Shown here: positions 9,291 through 19,281 of the stretch, one piece after another
How the letters are laid out: the number at the start of each line of letters is the position of its first letter
How positions within the stretch are numbered: position 1 is the stretch's first letter
Notes under the pieces: model-generated
What the model was told of the DNA's origin: nothing
Database searches by the model: none
What the model saw: the letters and a program-made list of their open reading frames with translations, nothing else
Assembly: GCA_035517655.1 (NCBI GenBank)
Contig: DATIYJ010000060.1
Coordinates: 4,015-68,014, forward strand
Reading direction: 5' to 3'
Origin: Nitrospiria bacterium
GTDB taxonomy: Bacteria; Nitrospirota; Nitrospiria; JACQBZ01
DNA length: 64,000 nt
Translations under genes and position numbers: made by a program

Positions 9291-10408
9291 GCCCGGAAGA
9301 CCATCACGGGGTCCAGCGTCTTCACCTTCCGGATCGAGACGATCGAGGCCGCAAGGCACATCGCCAGCGTGAGCACCGAGACGGCGCCCATCAACGGCGG
9401 GGGAATCAACATGGCGATCCCCAGCGCATCATAGCCCTTCTTGATAAACAACACCAACACCAGACCGATGATAAAACCGATGGCGGCATTCACGGCGGCC
9501 TGCTCCAGAATGATTTTATAGATCGTCCAGTTCGTCGCCCCGATCGCCTTGAGCGTCCCGAATTCTCGGATGTGCTCGATGGTGGAGGAGTAGATCGTCT
9601 GGCTGACCACCACCGCCCCGACGACAAATCCCACAAAGGCCGTCAGCAGAAATCCCATCCCCATGCCGGTGGCGACCGTCCAGTACCAGCGGGTCTTGGC
9701 GCTCAACCCGGCCTGCGTGTAGACGTCCACGTTCTTCACGTGCTCCCGAATGCGTTGGGCGACCTCCTCGACCGATGCTCCCGGAACCGTTTTGACCAGG
9801 AGGAAGACGGGCTCGCGGAAGTAGGGGTTAAAGATCGCCGCCGTGTCGTAGGAGGCAATCACATAGGGAGCGGTCGTGATCGACTTGAGTCCCCGCGTCA
9901 GCCCGACGACTTTGACCCGGTAGTCGTTGATCTCGCGGACGTCCCCCACTTTGAGCCGGCCCAACCGTTTGACCGAAGACTGGTCCACGATCACGAACTC
10001 CCCGCCCTTGACGTCCGTCGGCCGGCCCGCCGCCAGGCGCCAGGGAAAACCCAGCGGCCCGTCGGGATCCAGCCCGAGAATCTCGACCTGCTCCGTCCCG
10101 CCGCCGAACAGCTTCATCACCCCCCAGGAGTGGATCATCTTTTCGACATCGGCCACGCCCTTGACCTCCTTGACCTGTTCCACTTTGCGCTCCGGAATCG
10201 GCCAGGCGAAATTAAAGTTCTGAAGATTTTTCGACGTGATCCAAATGTCGGCCGGGATCGACTCCACGATGAACGAGGCGTCCTGCATGAAACCGAGATA
10301 CACCCCGATCGTGGTGAAAATGAGGACGACCGAGAAGGTGATGCCGATCAGCGTGATGGCCAAACGGGTCCGGTCGTGAAACAGATTTTTTCGAGCAATC
10401 GAGGGCAT
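9287..10408 (-). CDS. FtsX-like ABC exporter permease (MacB/DevC type)
   Basis: 373 aa: TM1, a ~200-aa periplasmic domain, then 3 C-terminal TM segments (FtsX fold). It is the first structural gene after tetR. Confidence 0.85.
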   Translation of the reverse strand: MPSIARKNLFHDRTRLAITLIGITFSVVLIFTTIGVYLGFMQDASFIVESIPADIWITSKNLQNFNFAWPIPERKVEQVKEVKGVADVEKMIHSWGVMKLFGGGTEQVEILGLDPDGPLGFPWRLAAGRPTDVKGGEFVIVDQSSVKRLGRLKVGDVREINDYRVKVVGLTRGLKSITTAPYVIASYDTAAIFNPYFREPVFLLVKTVPGASVEEVAQRIREHVKNVDVYTQAGLSAKTRWYWTVATGMGMGFLLTAFVGFVVGAVVVSQTIYSSTIEHIREFGTLKAIGATNWTIYKIILEQAAVNAAIGFIIGLVLVLFIKKGYDALGIAMLIPPPLMGAVSVLTLAMCLAASIVSIRKVKTLDPVMVFRA

Positions 10409-10426
10409 GGTGATCGATTCCCCCCG

Positions 10427-11047
10427 CTAGGCTTGCTTTACAACAAAACCCGCACCGAATAATTTGATCAGGGTCTCTTTGGCTTCTTCCAGCGTGTACG
10501 ACTTTTCCTTTTTGAACAGGTCCGGATGGGTCTTGCGTAAAAGCCAGCCGAGAACGATGTTCTCCACCGCGCCGAACAAAAAGCTCCGCGCGATTTTGGT
10601 GTTGATGTCCTTTCGGATCACCCCCCGCGCGATCCCTTCCTTGAGGATCGACTCCAAGAGGTCGAGAAATTCCAGGATCACGGACATCGGCTGGGTGGAA
10701 AAACATTTCCCGCTCTGGCGGAGTTCGACCAGGAACACCTCGGCCAGCATGGGGTCGGCCTCGAATAGATCCAGGACCTTGACCAACACCAAGGCCAATT
10801 TTTGAACCGGATCTTGAATCGGATTGAGCGCCGCTCGCAGGGATTGGATCAGTTCGCGACAGGTCCGCTCAAAAATAGTAAGGATCAGATCGTCTTTGCT
10901 CTTGAAGTAGTTGTAGATCGTGCCCTCGGCCACGCGGGCCTCGCGCGCGATGGCGGCCGTGCGGGCGCGGGAAAAACCGCGCCGGGCGAACACCTTGATC
11001 GCGGCTTTGAGAATGAGATCCTTGCGGTCGATCGCGGGCCGGGCCAT
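10427..11047 (-). CDS. TetR/AcrR-family transcriptional regulator
   Basis: N-terminal HTH FARRGFSRARTAAIAREARVAEGTIYNYFKSKDDL. 206 aa. It heads the efflux operon. Confidence 0.9.
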   Translation of the reverse strand: MARPAIDRKDLILKAAIKVFARRGFSRARTAAIAREARVAEGTIYNYFKSKDDLILTIFERTCRELIQSLRAALNPIQDPVQKLALVLVKVLDLFEADPMLAEVFLVELRQSGKCFSTQPMSVILEFLDLLESILKEGIARGVIRKDINTKIARSFLFGAVENIVLGWLLRKTHPDLFKKEKSYTLEEAKETLIKLFGAGFVVKQA

Positions 11048-11060
11048 GGAAGTCGGCTCC

Positions 11061-11088
11061 TATAATGAGTGAGCAATCACTCATTATA
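11061..11088. promoter_or_regulatory. Perfect 12-4-12 palindrome, the likely TetR operator, overlapping the tetR promoter
   Basis: TATAATGAGTGA-gcaa-TCACTCATTATA lies 13 nt upstream of the tetR ATG, and the SD GGAG sits between them. A minus-strand promoter candidate is TTGACA (11115-11110), an 18-nt spacer, then TAATAT (11091-11086), which overlaps the distal arm. Confidence 0.6.
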
Positions 11089-11147
11089 TTACCGGCGAAG
11101 GCCGGCCGATGTCAAGGCCGGGAATTTACAGAGAATCAAGGAAGGCC

Positions 11148-14100
11148 TTAGGAGGTGCTCAGGGCGGACGGAGACAAGCCCCACGGCGACTCATGGATCC
11201 ACCGCGTGAACTCTTCGGACGGCAACGGCTTGCTAATGTAATAACCCTGCGCCGCATCACAGCCCATGGGCGACAGCCGGTCCCACAGATCCTGGGTCTC
11301 CACGCCCTCCGCGATCGCGCGGAGGCCCAGACTGTGGGCCAGGTCGATCGTGGAACGAACAATGACCACATCGTTTTGATTCCGACCCATGTTGATGATG
11401 AAGGATTTGTCGATCTTGATCGTATCCACAGGAAGCTTCTGGAGATAAAACAGGGAGGAATAGCCGGTTCCGAAATCATCGATCGAGAGGCGAATGCCCA
11501 TCTCATGAAGCTTCGTCAGCACGTCCAGGGCGTGCACCGGATCGGCCATGATGGCGCTCTCGGTGATCTCGAATCGCATCCAGCCGGGATTCACCCCGGC
11601 CGATTGAAGTTGCTCGGCCACCAGGGCCGGCAGCTTGGGGTCCAGCAGGTTGCGCGCCGACAGGTTGACCGAGACGGTCAATTCCATTCCGGCCTCATGC
11701 CAGGCCTTGCACTGTCGCATTCCGGCCGCCATGACCCACCGCGTGAGGGGATGGATCAAGCCGGTCTGTTCCGCCGGTAGGATGAACTGATCCGGAGGGA
11801 TGAGGCCCCGAAGCGGGTGTTTCCAGCGGACCAGCGCCTCGGCCGCGACGGTGTGCCGGGTTTTCATGTCGATTATAGGCTGGTGATACAGGCGCAGTTC
11901 GTTATGCTCGATGGCGTAATGCAGCTCGGCCATCAGAGCGAGGCGCTGCGGACTGTGTTTGTCTTTGGCCGGATCGTACACGGCGTAGGGAATTCCGGTG
12001 CGCTTGCAGAGATTCAACGCAATGTCCGCGCGTCGAAAAAGGGCCTCGGCCGTCTCCCCGTGATCGGGATAAAGCGCGATGCCGATGCAGGTTTCGATCC
12101 GGATGGGAAGATTATCGATCAGGAAGGAGGGATTGAGTGCTTTCAGGATCTTTTGGACCGCCGCGTCGATATCGTTCGCGTTTTCCAGATTCAGCAACAG
12201 AATCGAAAATTCATCCCCGCCCGGACGCGCCACGACGTCCCGGTCGAACATCGCCTCCCGCAACCTCCGGCCCACAGATCTTAAAACCTCATCGCCCCGT
12301 TCATGCCCCAACGTATCGTTGATCTCTCTAAAACGGGCCAGGTCCACCAGCAAAAGGGCCATCCGTCGGCCCCGTTCCGGGTCGGTGCGAATTCCGTTGA
12401 GCAGCCGGTTGTAGAACATCGTGCGGTTCGGAAGCCCGGTCAGCGTGTCATAATTCGCGGCGTGCTGAACCATCGCCTCCGCCTCACGGCGTTCCGTGAT
12501 GTCCTCCGCGATTCCCGTGATGCGGTAAACCTGTCCCGCGGCGTCCCGGACCGGAAAGGCACGGTCGCGGATCCATCGGATGGAACCGTCGGGTTGGATG
12601 ATTCGATACTCCTCGTCATACGTTCCCTGGCCCTGTTTTTCCTTCGCGGCTTTCAAGACGCGATAGCGGTCCTCCGGATGGATCGAATCCAGCCAGGTTT
12701 GCGGACGTTCGTAAAGGTCCTTGCAGGCGCGGCCCCAGATCTTTTCATACCCTGGACTGACATACAGCATCTCATCATTCCCGGCGTTGGTCATCCAGAA
12801 AACCTCGCGGATGCTCTCGGCGATCTGCCGGAAACGCTCCTCACTTCGGATCAGCGCCTCCTGTTCCCGTTTGCGATCCGTGATATCCCGAAAATACCAA
12901 ACTCGGCCGAAGTACCGCCCGTCCGCGCCAAACATAGGCGCCGAATAGCGGTCGACGATCCGTCCGTCCGTCAGCATCAGCTCCTCGTGGCTTTTTTCTT
13001 CCCTGTGCCCGTAGAGATACTTGACCCTGGCGAGAAACGCTTCGGGGTCTTTCATCTCGCGCACGACGGACTGGAGCACGGGCTCATCCACAGCCGCCCG
13101 GACCATGGCATCGGGAATGTTCCAAAGATCGATAAACCGCTTATTGTAGGATATGATTTTGGCCTCTTCGTCCACCACCAGGATGGCGTCCGGCGATGCC
13201 TCCTGCTGGGTCAAGAGAATGGTGTTCCTGAATTCCAATTCCTGTTGAGCCCGCTTGCGCTGGGTGACGTCTTGCGTTACGCCGATCAATCGTACGACTT
13301 TTCCCGTATGGTCTTTCACCGCGCGCCCCTGTGTCTCAAGCCATCGAAGATCGCCGTTGGGTTGAATGAACCGGAAATCAAACGGGTCAAAGGACCCTCC
13401 TTGAAGAAAGGCGCGATCCACCGCTTGACTGAATTTTTCGCGGTCTTCGGGATGGATCATTTGAAGGAAGGACGTAAGCGTGCCGCCCGAATCGGGAAGA
13501 TCCGGACCATACACTGCTTCATAATGGCCGCTTCGGATCAGACGGTCGGTCCGGACATCCCAGTCCCAGGTATGCATCCGGGCCGTATCGATGGCCATGC
13601 GGAGCCGCTCTTCGCTTTCCTTGAGCGCATCGCCGGCCAGTTTGCGTTGGGTAATGTCTTCGGCGATGCCGGCCACGCGATGGACGACGCCCTTCTCATC
13701 CCGGATCGGAAAAGTGCGAGCCCAGATCCAACGGATGGAGCCGTCCGGCCTGACAATCCGATATTCCATCTTAAAATTCTCAGGATCGTTTCCGAATTGG
13801 GCCTCGACACGTGAACGGTCCTCCGGATGCACGCTCTCCCGCCATGCTTCCGGATGTTCATACAGGCTTTGACAGGTGCGGCCCCAAACGCCCTCGTACG
13901 CCGGACTGATATAGATCACGGGCGTTCCCATCGGGCCGGTCAGAAAGAAAACCTCGTAGATGTTTTCGGCCACCTCGCGGAAGCGCTCCTCGCTTTGCCG
14001 GAGCTGCTCCTCGGTCCGCCGGCGCTCGGTAACGTCCCGCACGTTCAGCACGATCCCGGTCCGCGTCGGATCGATCGAGATATACTTGCCCAGGATCTCG

Positions 14101-14789
14101 AAGATCAACCAACTATTCTCTTTGGACCGCAAGCGCATCTCGAGGGTGTACGTCGTGCCGGGGGATTTGACGGCGCCGGCCAGGACCTCCAGCGCCCGGG
14201 GCGCGTCATCGGGATGAACCAACTGCAGACCCGATTGGCCGATCAACTCGCCGCGCCGGTAATGCAGAAGCCGTTCCGCCGAGGGGCTGACGTATTGGAT
14301 CGTCAGGTCTGCGCTCAGCATGGCGGTGATGTCCGAGGCATTCTCAATCAGGACACGGTAATACTGTTCCGTGCGACGCAGCTCCTCCTCGGCCTTTTTG
14401 CGGTTCCGCCGCTCCCCGGCCTCCCGCAGTTCCCGCTCCACCGCCGGTATCAATCGTTTCAGATTGTATTTCATGATGCAGTCGTGCGCGCCGGCCTTCA
14501 TGGCTTCCACCGCCACGTCCTCGCCGATCACCCCGGACACGAGGATGAACGGCAGGTCAAGGCCGCTTTCCTGCAACCGCTTCAACGCCGCCGGGCCGGA
14601 AAACTTCGGAAGACTGTAATCGCTGATCACGATGTCCCACGTCTGTTCGGCCAGCGCCGCGGTCAGGGCCGGCCCGGTGTCCACACGCCGATAGACCGGA
14701 TCATATCCGCCGTGTCGGAGTTCTTGCGCCAACAACGCCGCGTCGTCTTCCGAATCTTCGATGATTAACACGCGAAGAGACTTACTCAT
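11148..14789 (-). CDS. Response regulator with REC, 5 PAS, GGDEF and EAL domains (c-di-GMP turnover)
   Basis: 1213 aa. REC (VLIIEDSEDD…DIVISDYSLPKF), five PAS/PAC units, GGDEF (RPGGDEFSILL) and EAL (EALVRW…DDFGTGYSSL). Confidence 0.9.
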   Translation of the reverse strand: MSKSLRVLIIEDSEDDAALLAQELRHGGYDPVYRRVDTGPALTAALAEQTWDIVISDYSLPKFSGPAALKRLQESGLDLPFILVSGVIGEDVAVEAMKAGAHDCIMKYNLKRLIPAVERELREAGERRNRKKAEEELRRTEQYYRVLIENASDITAMLSADLTIQYVSPSAERLLHYRRGELIGQSGLQLVHPDDAPRALEVLAGAVKSPGTTYTLEMRLRSKENSWLIFEILGKYISIDPTRTGIVLNVRDVTERRRTEEQLRQSEERFREVAENIYEVFFLTGPMGTPVIYISPAYEGVWGRTCQSLYEHPEAWRESVHPEDRSRVEAQFGNDPENFKMEYRIVRPDGSIRWIWARTFPIRDEKGVVHRVAGIAEDITQRKLAGDALKESEERLRMAIDTARMHTWDWDVRTDRLIRSGHYEAVYGPDLPDSGGTLTSFLQMIHPEDREKFSQAVDRAFLQGGSFDPFDFRFIQPNGDLRWLETQGRAVKDHTGKVVRLIGVTQDVTQRKRAQQELEFRNTILLTQQEASPDAILVVDEEAKIISYNKRFIDLWNIPDAMVRAAVDEPVLQSVVREMKDPEAFLARVKYLYGHREEKSHEELMLTDGRIVDRYSAPMFGADGRYFGRVWYFRDITDRKREQEALIRSEERFRQIAESIREVFWMTNAGNDEMLYVSPGYEKIWGRACKDLYERPQTWLDSIHPEDRYRVLKAAKEKQGQGTYDEEYRIIQPDGSIRWIRDRAFPVRDAAGQVYRITGIAEDITERREAEAMVQHAANYDTLTGLPNRTMFYNRLLNGIRTDPERGRRMALLLVDLARFREINDTLGHERGDEVLRSVGRRLREAMFDRDVVARPGGDEFSILLLNLENANDIDAAVQKILKALNPSFLIDNLPIRIETCIGIALYPDHGETAEALFRRADIALNLCKRTGIPYAVYDPAKDKHSPQRLALMAELHYAIEHNELRLYHQPIIDMKTRHTVAAEALVRWKHPLRGLIPPDQFILPAEQTGLIHPLTRWVMAAGMRQCKAWHEAGMELTVSVNLSARNLLDPKLPALVAEQLQSAGVNPGWMRFEITESAIMADPVHALDVLTKLHEMGIRLSIDDFGTGYSSLFYLQKLPVDTIKIDKSFIINMGRNQNDVVIVRSTIDLAHSLGLRAIAEGVETQDLWDRLSPMGCDAAQGYYISKPLPSEEFTRWIHESPWGLSPSALSTS

Positions 14790-14909
14790 GGTTGCTTTTC
14801 CCGACTGTTTCCTAACGCCGCCGCCGGCCGTTGGCAGAGGGCGATAAGGACGCCGATTTCACGCGCGGGCAAAGGCGTGCCGCCCTACGCGGTAAGAAGG
14901 TCAATCGAC

Positions 14910-16943
14910 CTAAAACCGCCATGCGATCTTTCCGTAAGCGCTGCGCTGGATTTCCTCCCGGCTCGGACTTGGTGCGCCAAATTCCGGATGATGATCGTGG
15001 AGAAGGTTTTGCCCGACCACGGAGAGTTCGAGGTTGTTGATCGGTCGCCAGCCGATGCGGACATCCAATTCATAGTAGCTCGGCACGGTTTCGGCCACCC
15101 CCGCATTATTGACGTGCAAGGTGTCCACCCAGCGCAGGCCGGCGTCAAGTTCCACGTTTTGCGGCAGATCCATGGAGGAACGCAGTGAGAACTGGTGTTC
15201 AGGGTCGCCCGTTTCATTGAGCGCATTATTGAAGTCCGTCTGGCCCGGTTTGACGCGAAGGTGCTCTTTGAGAAGATTGTAACCGCCGTGCAAGCGCCAC
15301 CCATCGAGCGCCTGGAAATTGGCGCCAAGCTCGCCTCCGTACGTCTTGCCTTCGAGATTGTTTTGGAAGAAGAAGGGCAGGATCGTGACGGGCGTAAGGC
15401 TTGTGCTTCTTATCTGATCGTAATCGTTGTAAAACGTCGAGATGGAGGCGGTAACTTTTTGACCCAGTCGAGCGCGATAGCCCAGTTCATATGCGATCAC
15501 CGTTTCGGAATCGAAGTCCGATCCTCCTTTCAGAACGACAAGGTTGGGCGGCGCGGGCTCGGATAGGTCCCGGTCAAGACGGGATGGGGTCCGAACCGCG
15601 CGTGAAATCGCGGTCCAAACGGTCTGTTGCTGAGTGGGTATCCATGCGAGCCGCACATTCGGCTCCACTTCCAATCCGGTATAATCGTTGTGTTCGACCT
15701 TCGTCCCGACGGTCAGAGACAGCTTTTCCAAAAGCGCGATCTCATCCTGCGCGAATCCGCTGTATAGATTGTGATCCAAAATCGGCGGGAAAAAAGCCAA
15801 CGCCGGCGTGTTTCCAACCACGTCATGGGTGTAGCGATAGCCGAGACCCCACACGAAGCGGTTGGGCCCCAAACGGAAGCCATGCTGAAAATCGAGGTCA
15901 TAGGTATCGAGGTCATCCTGCAAGATGCCGGCAGGAGCAAACGGTGTTGAATTAACCACAAAGGCCGGAATCGGGTCGGACAGGTGCGTCCTGTCGTAGT
16001 AAAATTGCAGGCTCATATCGGAATCATACGAAAAAGAATGCGACCAACGGCCCAGAATATTGCCGCCGCTGACCCCCGCGTCGCCTCCGGTCGGGATGTC
16101 TTCATGGCCGCTGTAATAATCACCTTGCAAGGTGAGTTTATTGTTTGGAGACGCCTCGGAATCGATCCGGAACCCGCCCGGCCCCATCCGCCACGAGTCC
16201 GAGGCGCTATCCCCGTTGGCCAAGACTTCATCGCCCCGATTGAAATACTGGCCATAAACTCGAAAATACACATCGGGAGCAAGCGTTCCGCCGTAACGTA
16301 CTCCGGTAAAATCCCGCAACTCCGACCCCCCGCCGGCTTCCACGTAAAGCCCCTGCGTGTCTTTGGCGCTCTTGCTGGTGATATTGATCACGCCGTTGAC
16401 CGCGTTGGCTCCCCAAAGCGTGCCTCCGGGACCACTGATGACTTCGATGCGATCGATATCTTCAAGCAAATAATTCTGCCGGTCCCAAAAAACCCCGGAG
16501 AAGAGCGGCGTATAAACGGTCCGCCCATCCATCAAGACCAGTAGTTTATTGGCCAGATCGGTGTTGAATCCGCGCGCGCTGATGCCCCAGTCATGGGAAT
16601 TTTTCTGCGCCACATCCAAATTGTCCGCCAACCGCAAGGCCTCCGGGATGCTCGAAGCGCCGGAACGGCGAATGTCTTCGCCCGTAATCACGTCCACCGA
16701 TGCGGCCGCATCGCTCAGGGGCTCCGGTCTCTTTGAGACCGAGGTGATCTCGATGTTGGCCAATTCTTCAAGCGTCATGGTTGAAAGGTCCGCGGGGGAT
16801 TTCGGCTCGCTCGCGGCATCCTCCGCCTCGGCCCCGGCAACCTTGAGCGCGATGAATAGGACGACGGCGCAACAAAGAACAACGGCAGTCCGCCGCGTCG
16901 CGACGGCCATTGCACCCCTGATGATCACGATAACTTTTGTCAT
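14910..16943 (-). CDS. TonB-dependent outer-membrane receptor
   Basis: Signal peptide, plug domain (VDVITGEDIRRSGASSIPEALR), a beta-barrel and a C-terminal …YGKIAWRF aromatic terminus. SD GGGGAGG lies 4 nt upstream of ATG 16943. Confidence 0.9.
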   Translation of the reverse strand: MTKVIVIIRGAMAVATRRTAVVLCCAVVLFIALKVAGAEAEDAASEPKSPADLSTMTLEELANIEITSVSKRPEPLSDAAASVDVITGEDIRRSGASSIPEALRLADNLDVAQKNSHDWGISARGFNTDLANKLLVLMDGRTVYTPLFSGVFWDRQNYLLEDIDRIEVISGPGGTLWGANAVNGVINITSKSAKDTQGLYVEAGGGSELRDFTGVRYGGTLAPDVYFRVYGQYFNRGDEVLANGDSASDSWRMGPGGFRIDSEASPNNKLTLQGDYYSGHEDIPTGGDAGVSGGNILGRWSHSFSYDSDMSLQFYYDRTHLSDPIPAFVVNSTPFAPAGILQDDLDTYDLDFQHGFRLGPNRFVWGLGYRYTHDVVGNTPALAFFPPILDHNLYSGFAQDEIALLEKLSLTVGTKVEHNDYTGLEVEPNVRLAWIPTQQQTVWTAISRAVRTPSRLDRDLSEPAPPNLVVLKGGSDFDSETVIAYELGYRARLGQKVTASISTFYNDYDQIRSTSLTPVTILPFFFQNNLEGKTYGGELGANFQALDGWRLHGGYNLLKEHLRVKPGQTDFNNALNETGDPEHQFSLRSSMDLPQNVELDAGLRWVDTLHVNNAGVAETVPSYYELDVRIGWRPINNLELSVVGQNLLHDHHPEFGAPSPSREEIQRSAYGKIAWRF

Positions 16944-17065
16944 TCGACCTCCCCGGATGATCTACCCCCCTTGACTCCTCGGTTCCGTAAGAATAAGGAG
17001 CAGGCGACTGAAACGAACTGGCCGGCTCATCAAAAAGCTTGACCCTAGCCCATCCGTCCACGGGC

Positions 17066-18784
17066 TCAAGACGCAGTCGGGCGTAACCCCCACGGCGACT
17101 CCCGCAGCCATCGGGTCAAATCAGCGGCCGGGATCGGTTTGCACATATAATAGCCCTGTGCGGCATCGCATCCCAAAGCGGCCAGACGATCCCACAGTTC
17201 CTGGTTCTCCACGCCCTCCGCAATCACCTGATGACCCAGATTATGGGCCAGGTCGATCGTGGAGCGAACAATGACGGCGTCGTTCTGATTCTCGATCATG
17301 TGGATGACGAAGGACTTGTCGATCTTGATCGCGTCCACCGGCAATCGTTTAAGGTAGGCCAGCGAGGAGTAGCCGATTCCGAAATCGTCGATCGCAAACC
17401 GGATGCCCAGGGCCCGGAGGCGGGTGATCGCTTCCAAGGCCCGCGCGGGGTCGTTCATGATCGCGCTTTCAGTGATTTCCAGTTCCAGCCGCTCCGGATT
17501 TCCGCCCGTGGTGTGAAGAATTTCGGCGATCTGATCCGGAAAATGCAGATCGTGAAGGTTCCGGGCCGACAAGTTCACCGACATCGAAAGGTTGATCCCG
17601 GCCTGCTGCCATGCCAAATGCTCGCGCTGCGCCGTGTTGAAGATCCACAACGTCAGCGGCTTGATCAACCCCGTCCGCTCTGCGGGCTCGATGAACTGAT
17701 CCGGCGGGACGAAACCATGCTCGGGGTGCTGCCATCGCACCAGCGCTTCGACCCCGACGACCCGGCGGGTCTTCAGGTCGATCTTCGGCTGATAGTGCAG
17801 GAAGAGTTGGTCACGATCGATGGCCTGGCGCAGTTCTCCGATGAGGGACAGTCGACGGGGACTGTGCCGATCGTACTGGGTGTCGTAAATGATGAACCCG
17901 CTGCCGGCCTGTTTTGCCGCGTACATCGCCACGTCGGCCCGCTGCATCAGGCTGTTTGGATTCGCTCCGTGATCGGGACAGAGCGCGATCCCGATCGCGG
18001 CTTCGACCGCGACGGGCAGCCCTTCGATCACAAAGGGCGGCGACAGCGTGTCCAGGATTTTTTGCGCCACCTGGGACGCGTGTTGGGAGGAAGCCAGCGG
18101 GAGCATCACCGCAAACTCATCCCCTCCCAGGCGGGCGACGAGGTCCGAAGGCCTCAACGCGGCCTGCAGGCGCGCTCCGACCTGTTGCAACAGGATATCG
18201 CCGCGATGATGTCCGAGGGTGTCGTTGACCTCCTTGAATCGGTCCAGATCCATTAGAAGAAGGGCGACGGAATTTTTTCTGGCCGACCCTTCCGTGATTG
18301 CAAGATGAAGCCGGTCGAGCAGCGAGGTCCGATTGGGAAGCCCGGTGAGCGGATCATAATAGGCCAGATACCGGATCGTTTCTTCGGCCTGCCGATGCTC
18401 GCGCCGCACCGCGGCCTCCTTCAGTTCCCGGTCGACCGCGGGAATCAGGCGCTTCAAGTTGCCTTTGATCACGTAGTCGTTGGCGCCGGCCTTCATCGAG
18501 GCCACCGCCGTGTCCTCGCCGATGGTTCCCGATACAAAAATGAAGGGCAGATCGAGCCCCCTCTCCCTCAACAAGTTTAAGGCCGCCACGCCGTTGAAGT
18601 GGGGCATGGAGTAATCTCCGAACACGATATCCCACACCTGCCGGTCGAGCGCCGCGGTCATGGTCTCGGGCGTCTCCACGCGCTCATACGTCGGTTCGTA
18701 ACCGCCGCGCTGCAGTTCCCGGACCAGCAGTTCGGAATCGGCCACCGAATCCTCGATGATCAAGACACGAAGAGGGGTCGTCAT
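17066..18784 (-). CDS. Response regulator REC-GGDEF-EAL
   Basis: 572 aa. REC (VLIIEDSVAD…DIVFGDYSMPHF), GGDEF (RLGGDEFAVML) and EAL (EALVRW…DDFGIGYSSL). Both ends are clearly paralogous to 11148-14789. Confidence 0.9.
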   Translation of the reverse strand: MTTPLRVLIIEDSVADSELLVRELQRGGYEPTYERVETPETMTAALDRQVWDIVFGDYSMPHFNGVAALNLLRERGLDLPFIFVSGTIGEDTAVASMKAGANDYVIKGNLKRLIPAVDRELKEAAVRREHRQAEETIRYLAYYDPLTGLPNRTSLLDRLHLAITEGSARKNSVALLLMDLDRFKEVNDTLGHHRGDILLQQVGARLQAALRPSDLVARLGGDEFAVMLPLASSQHASQVAQKILDTLSPPFVIEGLPVAVEAAIGIALCPDHGANPNSLMQRADVAMYAAKQAGSGFIIYDTQYDRHSPRRLSLIGELRQAIDRDQLFLHYQPKIDLKTRRVVGVEALVRWQHPEHGFVPPDQFIEPAERTGLIKPLTLWIFNTAQREHLAWQQAGINLSMSVNLSARNLHDLHFPDQIAEILHTTGGNPERLELEITESAIMNDPARALEAITRLRALGIRFAIDDFGIGYSSLAYLKRLPVDAIKIDKSFVIHMIENQNDAVIVRSTIDLAHNLGHQVIAEGVENQELWDRLAALGCDAAQGYYMCKPIPAADLTRWLRESPWGLRPTAS

Positions 18785-18790
18785 GGCTGC

Positions 18791-19234
18791 TTACCTTTCC
18801 TGCGGCGGCGCTTCGTTCAGCACGAGCCAATACAGCCCCAACTGCCGCACCGCCTCGATGAACTGGGCAAAATCCACCGGCTTCCGGATGTAACTGTTGG
18901 CCCCCCGACTGTAGCTCTGGAGCATGTCCTGTTCTTCCTTGGAAGAAGTCAAAACGACAATCGGCAACAGCTTGGTCTTCGGATTCCCGCGAAGCTTTTT
19001 CAAAACTTCCAGTCCGTCCACTTTCGGCAGCTTCAGGTCGAGCAGAACCACGGAAACGACCCGCTCGCCGTCCTTGCCGGCATGGGAACCTTGGCCAAGC
19101 AACAGGTCAAGCGCTTCGGCACCGTCCCGAGCCACGACCACTTCGTTCGCGATGTTGTTCTTTTTGAGGGCCCGGAGCGTGAGGGCCTCGTCGTTGGGAT
19201 TGTCTTCAACCAATACGATGATTTTTTCCTTCAT
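18791..19234 (-). CDS. Single-domain CheY-like response regulator
   Basis: 147 aa with VLVEDNPNDEAL…VVLLDLKLPKVDG…PIVVLTSS…K. Confidence 0.9.
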   Translation of the reverse strand: MKEKIIVLVEDNPNDEALTLRALKKNNIANEVVVARDGAEALDLLLGQGSHAGKDGERVVSVVLLDLKLPKVDGLEVLKKLRGNPKTKLLPIVVLTSSKEEQDMLQSYSRGANSYIRKPVDFAQFIEAVRQLGLYWLVLNEAPPQER

Positions 19235-19281
19235 TCCTTTCCTCCTTTCCGACTCACAGCGAATTGCATCGATACGTCCGC

